The notes under the pieces: model-generated
The model's database searches: none
What the model was told of the DNA's origin: nothing
Seen by the model: only the letters and a program-made list of their open reading frames with translations
Part shown: piece by piece, positions 27,777 to 38,024 of the stretch
How positions within the stretch are numbered: the stretch's first letter is position 1
How the letters are laid out: each line of letters opens with the position of its first letter
From: an uncultured virus (IMG/VR IMGVR_UViG_3300048883_000321)
Taxonomy: Duplodnaviria > Heunggongvirae > Uroviricota > Caudoviricetes
Length of the DNA stretch: 64,000 nt
Virus record (IMG/VR): IMGVR_UViG_3300048883_000321
Reading direction: 5' to 3' (one strand)
Position numbers and translations under genes: made by a program

Positions 27777-29282
27777 CTATCGGGTTTTTCGTCTTCTTGA
27801 ACTTTTCTTGTCACCACTAGAGTCACTACCGCCACCACTGCCCGAGCCTCCTCCGCCGCCACCCCCGGATGATCCAGAAACTGCCGAGGACGCAATACTT
27901 ACTGCTGCCGCAGCAGCAACAACGGTACGGCGAGTTCCAGTATCTACTGAAGACCCATCCGCAACGTACTCGTTGTAGGCTTCGTCTTCAAAAATGTTAA
28001 TGGAGTCCTCGAACTCTTCTTTGACTCCTCCGTCAGCGTCATTGAGTGCTTCAACAAGAATCTTTTTACCATCGTCAGGGATGTCGTCAAAGTTTTCTTC
28101 CGAAACAAGGGCGCTGACTTCCTCAATAGTAACATCCCCGTCAACAACGTTTAAGAAGCCTTCAGCGAGTTGTTCGTCTATAGCGTCGAGATCCTCAACA
28201 ACCTTTTCTTCAGCGTCGTCAATTTCAGATAATTCTACGCCCTCGATGTCGATGCCGAGACTATTAAGTTCCAACGCTAGTTCTTGGTCCTCTTCTTCAA
28301 CGCCAATCTCATCAAAGAACTCGTCGATACTTAGCGATTCGCCGGTGTCGTCGATAAACTCAAACTCAATTTCTTCGCCATTTACCGTAATGATTTCCGG
28401 CTCTGGCTCTGGAGGAAGGGTGGTCGTCCTTATGGGTAGAGGCACGGTGGTTGTGCTTGTAGTTGTAGTAGTAGTTGTAGGAGGAAGTGTCGTTGTTGGA
28501 GGGAGCGTCGTAGTAGTTGTAGTAGTAGTAGTAGTTGTAGTAGGAGGGAGCGTCGTAGTTGGAGGGAGCGTAGTAGTAGTTGTAGTAGGAGGAAGCGTCG
28601 TAGTTGGCGGCAGCGTAGTGGTAGTAGTTGTAGTAGTAGTTGTAGGCGGCAGCGTAGTAGTAGGCGGAAGCGTAGTAGTTGGAGGGAGCGTCGTAGTTGT
28701 AGGGAGCGTCGTAGTTGTAGTTGGGGGAAGCGTCGTTGTAGGGGGCATAGTAGTTGTAGCAGTAGTTGTAGGGGGCAGCGTTGTAGTTGTAGTTGTAGTT
28801 GTAGTTGTAGTTGTAGTTGTAGTTGTAGTTGTAGTTGCAGGGGGTGCCGTTGTGGAAAGAAGTAGATCAGTGACCAGTTCATACTCGCTGCTTCCCGATT
28901 CAGGCACGTTGCCAAGCCCTAATTGCTCAGGATAGTAGCCTGAGAGCAAACGGTAATTACCTGCATCTAAAGTCACATACAGTTTTGATGACAGACATTG
29001 ATCTTGATAGTTGTGGTTACCGTCGTCATTATCGGTAACAAGAGTTTCCCCTAAGTACAGCCATAGATACGGGTCAATCGTTGCCGTTTCACAAGACTGG
29101 TTACTGTTCCCATAAATAACAACGTTTGTACCGTCATCTTCTACTTGGAAGTACCAGTTTGATTCTTCGGTGACATCGTAAGCATTGGACGCTGACGCAG
29201 TAGGGGCGAACCATGCCAACAGGAACACCCATAACAGGGCGGCCTTAGCCAGCCTTCTATAAGTTTCGCTTTTGCGCAGCAT
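27777..29282 (-). CDS. Exported, membrane-anchored Thr/Pro-rich (mucin-like) protein
   Basis: Signal peptide (ASA cleavage site); PPC-like DPYLWLY...NDDG domain; ~150-aa TTTLPP linker; acidic domain; C-terminal hydrophobic anchor and basic tail. Confidence 0.8.
   Translation of the reverse strand: MLRKSETYRRLAKAALLWVFLLAWFAPTASASNAYDVTEESNWYFQVEDDGTNVVIYGNSNQSCETATIDPYLWLYLGETLVTDNDDGNHNYQDQCLSSKLYVTLDAGNYRLLSGYYPEQLGLGNVPESGSSEYELVTDLLLSTTAPPATTTTTTTTTTTTTTTTTTTLPPTTTATTTMPPTTTLPPTTTTTLPTTTTLPPTTTLPPTTTLPPTTTTTTTTTTLPPTTTLPPTTTTTTLPPTTTLPPTTTTTTTTTTTTLPPTTTLPPTTTTTTTSTTTVPLPIRTTTLPPEPEPEIITVNGEEIEFEFIDDTGESLSIDEFFDEIGVEEEDQELALELNSLGIDIEGVELSEIDDAEEKVVEDLDAIDEQLAEGFLNVVDGDVTIEEVSALVSEENFDDIPDDGKKILVEALNDADGGVKEEFEDSINIFEDEAYNEYVADGSSVDTGTRRTVVAAAAAVSIASSAVSGSSGGGGGGGSGSGGGSDSSGDKKSSRRRKTR
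28783..28836. repeat. (GTAGTT)x9 perfect in-frame microsatellite encoding poly-Thr
   Basis: Counted directly; lies within a degenerate repeat tract at about 28445-28850. Confidence 0.9.
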
Positions 29283-29297
29283 AAAACGCCTCCCACA

Positions 29298-30779
29298 TTA
29301 TGCTGTCTCCAATGTTTCAATGCGGGCCTCTGATGCTGTTAGCCGTGTCCTTAACGATTTAACCTCAGCGGCAAGGACGGAGATCATGTCTGGCCACTTC
29401 CACCCTTCGGCTTTCAACTCACCGTCCACGTCGTCGTACTGACCGAGGTGAGCAGTAAGGGGGTCGCCAGCAATGTCTTCAGCGATGAACCCATAGTTCA
29501 AATCTGCTGCTCGCCAAGCCGCCTCTTCAGACGAGTCCTCTTCATCTGGTTTCTCAACGAACGTGACGGGGTGCAAGGCGTCAACGATTGCGCCAGAGTC
29601 GGTGAACGGTGTGATCTGGTCTTTGTAATCTTGGGAGGAGGTGTAGTAGGCGAACGACGTGTAGGTGGAGTTTCGCACGACGTACTTGTAGCCGCTCAGC
29701 GACGAGGTAGCAGACAGCGTTGCGGCGATGCCGTTGCAGAGCATTCCCTTGCTGCCGTAAGTCCTGACCCAAGTGGTGTCAGTCATCTGCCAACCACCGC
29801 CGTAAGTACCGTTGTACCATCCCGTAGTTCCGTAGGAACGGAACCAATCACCAGATGCCAAGTGCAATCCGTCCGTCTTGAACTGATGAAGGACGCTATT
29901 GCAAACAACCCCAATAACTCCGTTTGCCACACGGTAAAAGCCCGTGTTTGAGTCAGACGAAAACGACAGAGACGGAGCGGTAGAAGATCCAACTCCCACC
30001 AATACTTTCGTCAGGGACGGCGATGCATCAAGGTTGAGGGTGACAGCACCAGAAGTGCCGCCCCCGTTAAGGTTCGTCCCAGCGGTGACGCCGGTGATGT
30101 CGCCCGTGGTTGTTGAATAGCCGTAGGACAAGATTTTGTCTTGGATACTTGCCGAGGTCATCAAAGACGTGTCGTTATCAACGAACGAGCCACTAGATGC
30201 CTGTATTACTGAAATGCCATCAAGAACATTTAGTTCTGCGGCGGTTGCAGTAACTGCTGTGCTTCCAAGTGTTAATAAGCCATCAGCGATTTCTAACCCA
30301 GTACCGTTAATTAACTTGAGGGTATTTGAAGTCCACCTTGCAGAAATGTTATTTGAGCCAGCCTTCTGATGCGTTATCTCAATAATCCCATCTTCAGAAG
30401 TGTTAGATGCGTCGTCAATCTTTGCTGTTACTTTTGCGTATACAACCTTCCCCCCACCGTCATCTTCTCCTTGAAACTTTATCTGACCCAAGTAGTCGGA
30501 ATCAGCAGGGCTAGAACTATTTCTATACAACTCTATTATTGGGGCTGCTGAAGAACCTGCATCGGTGCTAGATAGTGTAACTGTTGATGTCCCATCATAA
30601 GCAAAGTTTGATGAACCAGCCAAAGAACCAGAACTGTTATATTGAACCTGAGTATTGGAGCCACCAATAGTTGCAGTGGCGATAGCGAGTTTCCAAACTG
30701 TGCCATCCCAAATCCAAGTACGGTCGCCTACAGAAACAGTATCGTTAACTGAGGGGGAATCGGGGAAGTTAATAGCCAT
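29298..30779 (-). CDS. Tail fibre-like protein with C-terminal chaperone domain
   Basis: MAINFPDSP...RTWIWDGTVW start; S..YKDQI...YGFIAED...coiled-coil end. Confidence 0.75.
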   Translation of the reverse strand: MAINFPDSPSVNDTVSVGDRTWIWDGTVWKLAIATATIGGSNTQVQYNSSGSLAGSSNFAYDGTSTVTLSSTDAGSSAAPIIELYRNSSSPADSDYLGQIKFQGEDDGGGKVVYAKVTAKIDDASNTSEDGIIEITHQKAGSNNISARWTSNTLKLINGTGLEIADGLLTLGSTAVTATAAELNVLDGISVIQASSGSFVDNDTSLMTSASIQDKILSYGYSTTTGDITGVTAGTNLNGGGTSGAVTLNLDASPSLTKVLVGVGSSTAPSLSFSSDSNTGFYRVANGVIGVVCNSVLHQFKTDGLHLASGDWFRSYGTTGWYNGTYGGGWQMTDTTWVRTYGSKGMLCNGIAATLSATSSLSGYKYVVRNSTYTSFAYYTSSQDYKDQITPFTDSGAIVDALHPVTFVEKPDEEDSSEEAAWRAADLNYGFIAEDIAGDPLTAHLGQYDDVDGELKAEGWKWPDMISVLAAEVKSLRTRLTASEARIETLETA

Positions 30780-32251
30780 TACACGGCCTCCAATGTTTCA
30801 ATGCGAGCCGTGAGTTCTTGTATTGCGGTAAGCATCATCGGAATAAGCACCGAAGTTTTCACGCTCTTGATCCCGTCGCTACCGGTGTCCACCATTGCGG
30901 GGAATACTTTTTCTACTTCTTGAGCAATAAGCCCTAACAGTTTCCCAGATGGTTCTTCCAGCGGGGTGATTTCAACTTCACCGGTCTCTTCGTTCGTGTC
31001 GGCTCGTTGAGTTAGTGTGTAGTTGACGACTCGCAGTTTTGCTAAATCAGCGGTGTATTGTCGTGCCGTTGTGATGTCGCTTTTTAGCCGCTCGTCAGAA
31101 ATCGTCCCGTAGGTGCCGGTCACGTTGTAGCAGGCACCCGTGGAGGCAATCTGAAACAGAAGATGACCAGACCCGGCCGCCGACTCTGTAAACGAGACAG
31201 CGGACTGGCGGCAGACTCCCCATGTGTCTGTAGCAGCATAAGGGTTTCCCCAAAACCAAGTTTTATCGTTTGCGGAGTTGAATGCGTAAACTCCGGTACC
31301 GCGGATACTTTCGGAGGAGTCCAGCCGGACATCTGAATGGGTGTACCCACTTGACGCTCCGTTAATGTGGATTCTGGCATTATCACCGGTGTTCGTTATT
31401 TGTAGGTCAGAGTCTGGCGAAGTAGTACCGATACCGACATAGCCCGAACCACTTATCCGCATACGTTCGGTTTCATTCGTAGCGAAAATCAGCGAACGAG
31501 AAGAACTATTTTGAGACATCCAAAAACCTGCCGCATCCAAAGCAAAGCACCCGGCGTAGCCGCTGCCTGAAATCTGAATGTGGCCGACGCTGTTCCCGTC
31601 AGGAGTGATGTTTGTGGAATCCGTAACGTGAAGGCGGGAAGTCGGCGAAGCAGTACCGATACCGACACGATTATTCGTTGCATCATAAACAAAGTTGGCG
31701 TTCCCTGCCAAAGAACCGGAACTGTTGTACTGAACTTGAGTAGTAGCCCCACCAGCAGCGGCAGACGCTGAACCAACCTCAACCCACTGAGAAGAAGTCC
31801 CATCCGCATAATAAACCAACGTACGACCCGTATCAGTTTCGTACCACAAATCACCATCAGACGGAGAAGAAGGAGCAGCATCACCCGTCGTAATAGAACC
31901 ACCACCACCACCCGTTACCTGATTCCAAGAAGACCCAGACCGGAAATAAAACGCATCATTAGTCGTATCAACAGCCAACGCACCATCAGCAATCGTCGCC
32001 GTAGGCGCACCAGCAGAAGTAGAAGTAATCAGACCAGCAGCAGCCTCAAGCGTGTCATCAGTCTTCAACGCATCAGCAGCATCACGATACAAGTTAACAT
32101 CGCCAGTAGCAGCACCAGAACCCCAAGTGACTTTACCACCAGCATCAATTTGGATACGAGCATTCGTATCGCCATCAACAGACGCATCGATAGCCGCAGA
32201 CGCAGCAGAAGAAAACTCCTGCGCCGTTATTCGATCTAAAAACTTTGGCAT
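30779..32251 (-). CDS. Tail fibre-like protein with S74 chaperone domain
   Basis: GDLWYETD, RVGIGTASP repeats, SDERLKSDI...GLIAQEVEKVFP. Confidence 0.8.
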   Translation of the reverse strand: MPKFLDRITAQEFSSAASAAIDASVDGDTNARIQIDAGGKVTWGSGAATGDVNLYRDAADALKTDDTLEAAAGLITSTSAGAPTATIADGALAVDTTNDAFYFRSGSSWNQVTGGGGGSITTGDAAPSSPSDGDLWYETDTGRTLVYYADGTSSQWVEVGSASAAAGGATTQVQYNSSGSLAGNANFVYDATNNRVGIGTASPTSRLHVTDSTNITPDGNSVGHIQISGSGYAGCFALDAAGFWMSQNSSSRSLIFATNETERMRISGSGYVGIGTTSPDSDLQITNTGDNARIHINGASSGYTHSDVRLDSSESIRGTGVYAFNSANDKTWFWGNPYAATDTWGVCRQSAVSFTESAAGSGHLLFQIASTGACYNVTGTYGTISDERLKSDITTARQYTADLAKLRVVNYTLTQRADTNEETGEVEITPLEEPSGKLLGLIAQEVEKVFPAMVDTGSDGIKSVKTSVLIPMMLTAIQELTARIETLEAV

Positions 32252-32311
32252 AGCCGCAACTAAACCTTCCTCCCCGAAAACCCCCTCAAGGGCTCCGAGG
32301 CTATGTCAACC

Positions 32312-34180
32312 CTAACCGATGATAACAACCTTATAGGCGTTCGTGGCTGGAGCAGAAGCAAACGAAATAGTGACCTGAGAAGTCGAGTTGCGGCTCACAT
32401 TAGCGACAACCGTGTCGCTAGTAGAAGCATCGTAAACCTCGACAGTAACGTCCTTGGTCGTAAGACCATGCGTTACAGCGATCGAAGTTGCGGACCCATC
32501 GCCGATAGTCGCAGTGACCTTTGTGGTAGCGCCAAGGTTGCTGCGAGCAGCAACAGCAGTCGCCGCACCCGTACCACCGCTAGCGACTGGCAACTGGCCA
32601 GACACCGCAGCGGCTTGACCCAACGCCAAAGCGCCAAACTCGGGAGTCCCACCGGAACCTGCTTGAAGAGTCTCGTATTGGGTTCCGGCAGCAGTAGCAC
32701 CAACGGCGCTAGTTCCGTTACCGTAAACAATCCCATTCGAGGTGATTGAAGTAGCACCCGTACCGCCGTAAGCAACGGTAAGAGTGGTGCCGTTCCAAGT
32801 GCCGGTAGCGATAGTCCCTAACGTTGTGATCGAAGTTTGACCAACGTAAGAAGCACTAATTTGAACATCGTCGGCGTTGACAGTGATGCCGGTTCCAGCA
32901 ACCACATCGAACGTGGTGCCAGTTTTGGTTAAACCGCCGCCGGCAACGAACTCGCCTGCTTCGGAAAACTGGGTCCAAGTGATCCCGGTAGTGCCGATAG
33001 TGGCAGTACCGTTAGTGGTTACAACGAACCCTTTGTCTCCGCCAGCAGAACCCTGTTCGGTGAATGTGAAAGCACCACCGGTGATCGGACCGTTAGCGGA
33101 ACCGTCAGCGTCAGTGGTACGGGTAAGCACCCAGTTGGCGGAACCAGTACCGACAGTGGTGACAGTATAAATACCGTTTTGCAGGGCAGTGGATTGGTCC
33201 TTGATAAGGACACGATCGCTGGCCGACAAAGACACACCATCAAGAGACAACGCTGCTTGAGTACCCGAGTTGGTGAGGGTTGCGCCTACACCAGAGGAAC
33301 CATTGTCGTAAACAGCGGACAGGGTTGCTGTCGAAGCAACCACAACAGAGGCTTTAACGTCAAGGCCAGAGCGGGCCGCATCAACATACCGTTTGTTAGC
33401 GGCATCAGTGTCAGCGGTCGGATCAGCGACGCTAGTGATTTTTTGGTTGTTGACTCCAACAGCACCAGTAGGGGCAGCCATTTGGTCTAAACGGCTGGTC
33501 CGAACCTGAGTGTCGAAATCGGAGATAGTGGAGGCTGCTTGGGAACCAGTGTGGTTCGTGCGAGCCAAGTAGTAGTCGCCCTCTTCGTAAACACCGGAAG
33601 CGGGGGCGGTTTCGAGGTGCCCAGCGTTGGTGGCTGTGCCGGTAACATCCCCAGTTACGTTGCCGGTTAAGTTACCGGTTACATCGCCAGTGACATCGCC
33701 GGTCAGGTTGCCAGTTACGTTGCCAGTAACATTTCCGGTGACATCACCAGTTACGTCGCCAGTTAAGTTGCCAGTTACGTTCCCCGTTAAGGAAGCGGTG
33801 ACGGTGCCAGCGGAAAAGTTCCCGGACGCATCACGCTTAACGATTGTCGAAGCCGTATTGGCGTTCGTCGAGTTATTAACCAGCGTGTAATGCGTCGATG
33901 ACATTGACCCAGCGGCGGACCCTGAAGCGGCGCTAATCGATAGCGTCGGGGTGGTTCCACCCGTTGACGCTATTGGAGAAGTGGCGCTGACAGAAGTAAC
34001 GGTGCCCTGTTTAGTCAGGTCAACCCACGCGCTGTTGGCGTAAATATAAAAGACATTGTCAGTTGTGTTGAAATAGATTTGACCCTCAACAGGCGAACCC
34101 GGCGCGCTGGATAGGTTTTCTACCCTCGCTTTTACGAGTTGGTTCTGATTGAGGTCTACATTGACCAGATATTTAGGCAC
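32312..34180 (-). CDS. Fibre-like structural protein
   Basis: Ser/Thr/Gly-rich; (TGNV/TGDV)n tract; DAANKRYVD...RVLIKDQ...QNGIYTV fibre motif. Confidence 0.75.
   Translation of the reverse strand: MPKYLVNVDLNQNQLVKARVENLSSAPGSPVEGQIYFNTTDNVFYIYANSAWVDLTKQGTVTSVSATSPIASTGGTTPTLSISAASGSAAGSMSSTHYTLVNNSTNANTASTIVKRDASGNFSAGTVTASLTGNVTGNLTGDVTGDVTGNVTGNVTGNLTGDVTGDVTGNLTGNVTGDVTGTATNAGHLETAPASGVYEEGDYYLARTNHTGSQAASTISDFDTQVRTSRLDQMAAPTGAVGVNNQKITSVADPTADTDAANKRYVDAARSGLDVKASVVVASTATLSAVYDNGSSGVGATLTNSGTQAALSLDGVSLSASDRVLIKDQSTALQNGIYTVTTVGTGSANWVLTRTTDADGSANGPITGGAFTFTEQGSAGGDKGFVVTTNGTATIGTTGITWTQFSEAGEFVAGGGLTKTGTTFDVVAGTGITVNADDVQISASYVGQTSITTLGTIATGTWNGTTLTVAYGGTGATSITSNGIVYGNGTSAVGATAAGTQYETLQAGSGGTPEFGALALGQAAAVSGQLPVASGGTGAATAVAARSNLGATTKVTATIGDGSATSIAVTHGLTTKDVTVEVYDASTSDTVVANVSRNSTSQVTISFASAPATNAYKVVIIG
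33637..33790. repeat. Degenerate 12-bp coding repeat (TG[ND][VL])
   Basis: About 13 tandem tetrapeptide units visible in the translation. Confidence 0.75.
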
Positions 34181-34207
34181 GGGAGCCTCCGATTGTTAAC
34201 AGTTCCA

Positions 34208-34879
34208 CTATGAAAGATACGCCTTTCCACCGAAGGACTGTGCGAAGGTCACGGTAAGGGCATTATCGCTGGTGTAATCAACATCTCCGATGCACACAGT
34301 GTCGCCAGTATCGACAACTGTGACGTTAGGACGGAAACGAAGGTTGTGTGTAATCGACCATGTAGTAGCAGGGGATTCCTGCGTATGCGTATACTTTGAC
34401 TTAGAACGAACCTCTTCGATAGCGTCCTGAACATTCGTAGAAAGAATCTCCGCGGTCGCTGTGAACCCGACAGAATCAGCGGAGGCCCCAACTTTAGAAT
34501 CAACATAAGACTGTGTCGCATACGAATAACCTGTAATTGGGGCGACAACCGGAGCGATATCAGCAAGGTTCAATGCCCCTAAAGGAGAGTTCTCAGGAAC
34601 CTCAATGTTGTATTTGTTTTCCGCTGAACCAACAATGCGTTCAGTTACTTCGTAAGTAACACCCGTTGGTTCAGTTGTCGAATCATCAGTAGCCGTCAAA
34701 GACACACTAAATGTCCCAGACCCATTCAACGTTCCCGTTACACGGGTCGGAGCGACAATCGCATTAGTGACAGAATCTTGCATCGTGGTAGACGCAACAA
34801 ACAAAACTTCCCCCGAAGCAGGGGTAACCCCATCGGTTTGGTAGTAAGTCCCAGAAACAGTGATTTGCGTGAAAGCCAT
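34208..34879 (-). CDS. Structural protein (fibre/neck-associated)
   Basis: Ig-like N-terminus; YTHTQ..PATTWSITHNL..RPNVTVVD C-terminus. Confidence 0.65.
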   Translation of the reverse strand: MAFTQITVSGTYYQTDGVTPASGEVLFVASTTMQDSVTNAIVAPTRVTGTLNGSGTFSVSLTATDDSTTEPTGVTYEVTERIVGSAENKYNIEVPENSPLGALNLADIAPVVAPITGYSYATQSYVDSKVGASADSVGFTATAEILSTNVQDAIEEVRSKSKYTHTQESPATTWSITHNLRFRPNVTVVDTGDTVCIGDVDYTSDNALTVTFAQSFGGKAYLS

Positions 34880-35268
34880 TAGTGCGCCTGCGTTATCATG
34901 GCCGTCAAACTATGACGACATAGGTTGGAAGAAGGTTCAGTGAATCGTTGAATGTCAACAACCCGGCATCCGAAAATAGTTTTATCGGCACCAGTGAGGT
35001 CCGCTGAATCGACAGCCGCCAGTAAACTATCGATAAGGGTTACGTCCTCACCGTCAAGGTTTTGCCATAAATCGATTTGGACCATGCGGCCGCGAGCCCT
35101 CACAGCGTTATCGCCAAATAGGACAGGCGAACGAGCCAAATCGTCATCGAATGTGATATACGGCATCGCTGTCGAATCAGGTGCAACATCACGAAACACT
35201 TTCGTCGTGACATTAGACAAAGCCGCGTCAGTGATAACAGTGCGGAGAGCGGAGGTAACGGTAGCCAT
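34879..35268 (-). CDS. Tail completion/terminator protein
   Basis: VFRDVAP...PYIT...VQIDLW; fourth gene of the neck block. Confidence 0.75.
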   Translation of the reverse strand: MATVTSALRTVITDAALSNVTTKVFRDVAPDSTAMPYITFDDDLARSPVLFGDNAVRARGRMVQIDLWQNLDGEDVTLIDSLLAAVDSADLTGADKTIFGCRVVDIQRFTEPSSNLCRHSLTAMITQAH

Positions 35269-35273
35269 CTAAA

Positions 35274-35816
35274 TCACCTAATAATAATCGGAGGTAGTTG
35301 CATCGGTGAAACCTTAAACATGGCGGCCGTTATGCGTTCCTGTTTAACGAAATGAAGTTTCGCTGCGTTAGCGATCGCTTTCCGCATCGCCGAGTTGTAA
35401 GCCACGGGACGCCAAGCGGGACGCTTATCAAACTGGCCCAAACCGTATTCGTGGGTGGCAGCATATTTGCTTGTCGAAAACACGTTGACCATTACACGGC
35501 CAGTCGCTATAAACCGTCCACCTCCTCCACGGCCGGGGATACGAGACACATCGAAACCGACGCTGTCTCTCAAATCCCCTGCTTGTAAAGCCGGTGCCTC
35601 ACCGGGGTTCGAAGCCCGTGTAAGACCAACCTTGGGGTGAACGTATTCTTTACCCGTTCCGCCTTTCGAATACTGGGCTTTAACAGTTCTTGTGTAAGCG
35701 ATACCGATTTGTTTACCGGCAGCCTTCAACCCTGCGGTCCCTTTACCAGTCCCGCCGTTGTAGACACGCATAGCGTTAGAGAGAACAATGTTGTACATAT
35801 CCATTTGGGCGGCCAT
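35274..35816 (-). CDS. Neck/tail component (HK97 gp10-like)
   Basis: ASNPGEAPA...GDLRDSV...YAATHEYG...RPAWRP. Confidence 0.75.
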   Translation of the reverse strand: MAAQMDMYNIVLSNAMRVYNGGTGKGTAGLKAAGKQIGIAYTRTVKAQYSKGGTGKEYVHPKVGLTRASNPGEAPALQAGDLRDSVGFDVSRIPGRGGGGRFIATGRVMVNVFSTSKYAATHEYGLGQFDKRPAWRPVAYNSAMRKAIANAAKLHFVKQERITAAMFKVSPMQLPPIIIR

Positions 35817-36142
35817 TAGGACGGCACCCCTCGTAACGCCAACCGTAAATGAAGGCGAGTGTATTGGATGCTGTCAATATTGTAAATGCCGTTCAGTATC
35901 GCATCGATACCGGCCACAACGATCTGATCGTTGTCGGTAACCGTTGTTCCCGTCGGGACGAGAGCAACAGCGGTCATCAACTGGCCGTACTGTCCTCGGT
36001 CTCCCGGATCCAACGCATCAACCGTTCCTGACGACACATGGCCTCGAACAGATGAATCGCTGTTCGCATATGAGACCCTGCCCTCGGTGTCAGTGGTGGG
36101 TGTTCTTTGACGGATGGTGAGGCTGTGTTGTGCCCCCCGCAT
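35816..36142 (-). CDS. Head closure (stopper) protein
   Basis: 108-aa beta-rich protein at the head-closure position. Confidence 0.65.
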   Translation of the reverse strand: MRGAQHSLTIRQRTPTTDTEGRVSYANSDSSVRGHVSSGTVDALDPGDRGQYGQLMTAVALVPTGTTVTDNDQIVVAGIDAILNGIYNIDSIQYTRLHLRLALRGVPS

Positions 36143-36702
36143 TAGAACACACCCTTACGGCGGTACCGTCTGATGTGTTTCAAATCGTCGTCGGTAAACC
36201 CGCCTTGCCCGCCGTTAGCGAACGTGAGGCTTGTTCCCTCAACCGACATGTTTTTTAATCCTTGAGCGTCAGCGAGAACCATCGACATTTCCCTAGCAGA
36301 AGCCCGTAGCACTGCTGCTTCGAGTTTCTGGGTGTCAGACGCAGTCATGCCCGCTGTGTACGTCACGAGGGCGCTGAGGCCCTGTGTGGCGATGTTGACG
36401 CGATCGACACCCCAAGGGTAAATATCGTAGTCGGCAACCGTTTGAGCCGTCTCAGACCCAAGGTCGCCGATACTGATCGCCGTCACCGAAATAACCGGAT
36501 ATTCTCGTAAAAAGATTTGCCGTTGCCCACCTTGTAAAACATGGGCTTCAGCGGTTACGGTGGCGCCTTCTAACGTGCGCCCCAAGATTTGAGACAGTTC
36601 TCGTTCTAACGCCCCAATGATCGTAGTGGCGGCAGTCTGTTCCCCAGAGGAGAACGACTTATTCATGTAATCCTGCAAATCGAGATAAGTTATTACAGCC
36701 AT
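36142..36702 (-). CDS. Head-tail adaptor protein
   Basis: YPVISVT...VTYTAG...LKHIRRYR; first gene of the neck block. Confidence 0.75.
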   Translation of the reverse strand: MAVITYLDLQDYMNKSFSSGEQTAATTIIGALERELSQILGRTLEGATVTAEAHVLQGGQRQIFLREYPVISVTAISIGDLGSETAQTVADYDIYPWGVDRVNIATQGLSALVTYTAGMTASDTQKLEAAVLRASAREMSMVLADAQGLKNMSVEGTSLTFANGGQGGFTDDDLKHIRRYRRKGVF

Positions 36703-36736
36703 GCCCTTAGCCTACCTTATAAACGCTCGTAGTCGA

Positions 36737-37018
36737 TTAGGCTTCGCCCTCTTCTAACATCCGTTTAGCCCTCAAAATGAGAAGGCGTTCACGGGTGCTT
36801 TTCCCACCCCATATGCCGTAGCGTTCCTTGTTCGCAAACGCATACTCCAAACAGTCAAGCATAACTGGGCACTCAGAGCAAATCCGTTTCGCTTCCCGCA
36901 ACGATTGAGTGTCGCCCGGAGATGGGAAAAAGATCGCAGGGTCAGGGGCATCGCTACAAGCAGAGTCCGCCTGCCATTCGGGCCGTTCAATCCAGAACGA
37001 CGCTCCATTTCCGTACAT
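36737..37018 (-). CDS. whiB: WhiB-family transcription factor
   Basis: WQ..SAC...FF...AKRICSECPV..CLEYA...GIWGGKSTRER: four Cys and the GIWGG turn. Confidence 0.95.
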   Translation of the reverse strand: MYGNGASFWIERPEWQADSACSDAPDPAIFFPSPGDTQSLREAKRICSECPVMLDCLEYAFANKERYGIWGGKSTRERLLILRAKRMLEEGEA

Positions 37019-37053
37019 TTAGATAGTTTCCCACATAATCACGCAGAAAACAG

Positions 37054-37263
37054 TCATTCTCCGAAAAGAGCCGCCTGCGCAGTATCGCAATCCTCAAGGA
37101 GGGTGATCCTAACCGCAGCATCGTCGCTATCGGGGGCCCGATCAACATGGCTCACAGAAAGCCCAAACGCCTCAACGCCCAACATGTCCGCTAAGTCTTC
37201 TTTAGTTAAGTAAATAGAGTAATGGCGTCTACGCGCCGTTTCGATAATTTTTGTCATAGCCAT
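37054..37263 (-). CDS. Hypothetical protein
   Basis: 69-aa ORF. Confidence 0.5.
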   Translation of the reverse strand: MAMTKIIETARRRHYSIYLTKEDLADMLGVEAFGLSVSHVDRAPDSDDAAVRITLLEDCDTAQAALFGE

Positions 37264-37475
37264 ATCCTATCCCCAACAATACTCAGATGGATACCAGCGT
37301 CCTTTACCCTGTGTTGTTTGACGGCTTCGTTTATCCGGTCGTCGCTCATAAGTCCTCTTCTCTGACGGGCTGGCCATACCATTCTTCGTCTGCCTGTTCA
37401 CGCAACATCTCTTTGTATCTCGTGAAAATGTACGTTTCCGCCGGGTCGTCGTCTTCCCACCAATCCGGTGTATTT

Positions 37476-38024
37476 TTATCCCCAGCAATGTTTTGATTCA
37501 CTCCAATGCCCTTTCCCTTGTGGTGTTTTATACAGCAGCCAAGCGGCGACCAGCACGTTGTTTTCCGGGTCTTCCATGTCGCTGTTTGGAACTCCGGCTT
37601 TGGTTGAGCGTTCTGCCCAGAACTTGGGGAGATGTTGAAACCATCCTGTTGCTCCAGACGAAGGATGATACGCATCCGAATAAGTGTCGCCGGGTTGAGC
37701 AGACGACTCACAAAACGCTACCCGTAAAGCCCACGACCTGTCTTCTGGTAAAAAATATTCATCCACGAAATAGTCGAGAGTGTTCCCGACCGGTTCAGGG
37801 AACGCAACTAACGCCACTGCGTCCCTCACCCAAAACGGGTCGGCTTGAGCCACTACTACCGTAACCAGAGTTGTAGTAGTAGATGTAACCGTAACAACCG
37901 GGGCCGCTATTTGGCGGACAACAGGTCTCGTTGCTTCGCTAACCGTTTTCGGTGGCGTCGCCGTCGGTATCTGAAGAAGGGGCGATAACGCTATCAGTAC
38001 CGCTACCGTCATAAGTGTTTTCAT
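37476..38024 (-). CDS. Exported lytic transglycosylase (SLT-like)
   Basis: Signal peptide, Thr-rich linker, FCESS (catalytic Glu), SGATGWFQ, DPENNV..AAWL, HW. Confidence 0.8.
   Translation of the reverse strand: MKTLMTVAVLIALSPLLQIPTATPPKTVSEATRPVVRQIAAPVVTVTSTTTTLVTVVVAQADPFWVRDAVALVAFPEPVGNTLDYFVDEYFLPEDRSWALRVAFCESSAQPGDTYSDAYHPSSGATGWFQHLPKFWAERSTKAGVPNSDMEDPENNVLVAAWLLYKTPQGKGHWSESKHCWG

Noticed and set aside
27994..28935. 313-aa poly-Val ORF (+) and Leu/Gln ORF 28430-28915 (-)
   Set aside because: Antisense and alternate-frame shadows of the Thr/Pro repeat gene.
17483..34180. Diversity-generating retroelement or invertible fibre cassette
   Set aside because: No reverse transcriptase or invertase in the window, and no template/variable repeat pair differing at adenines was seen.
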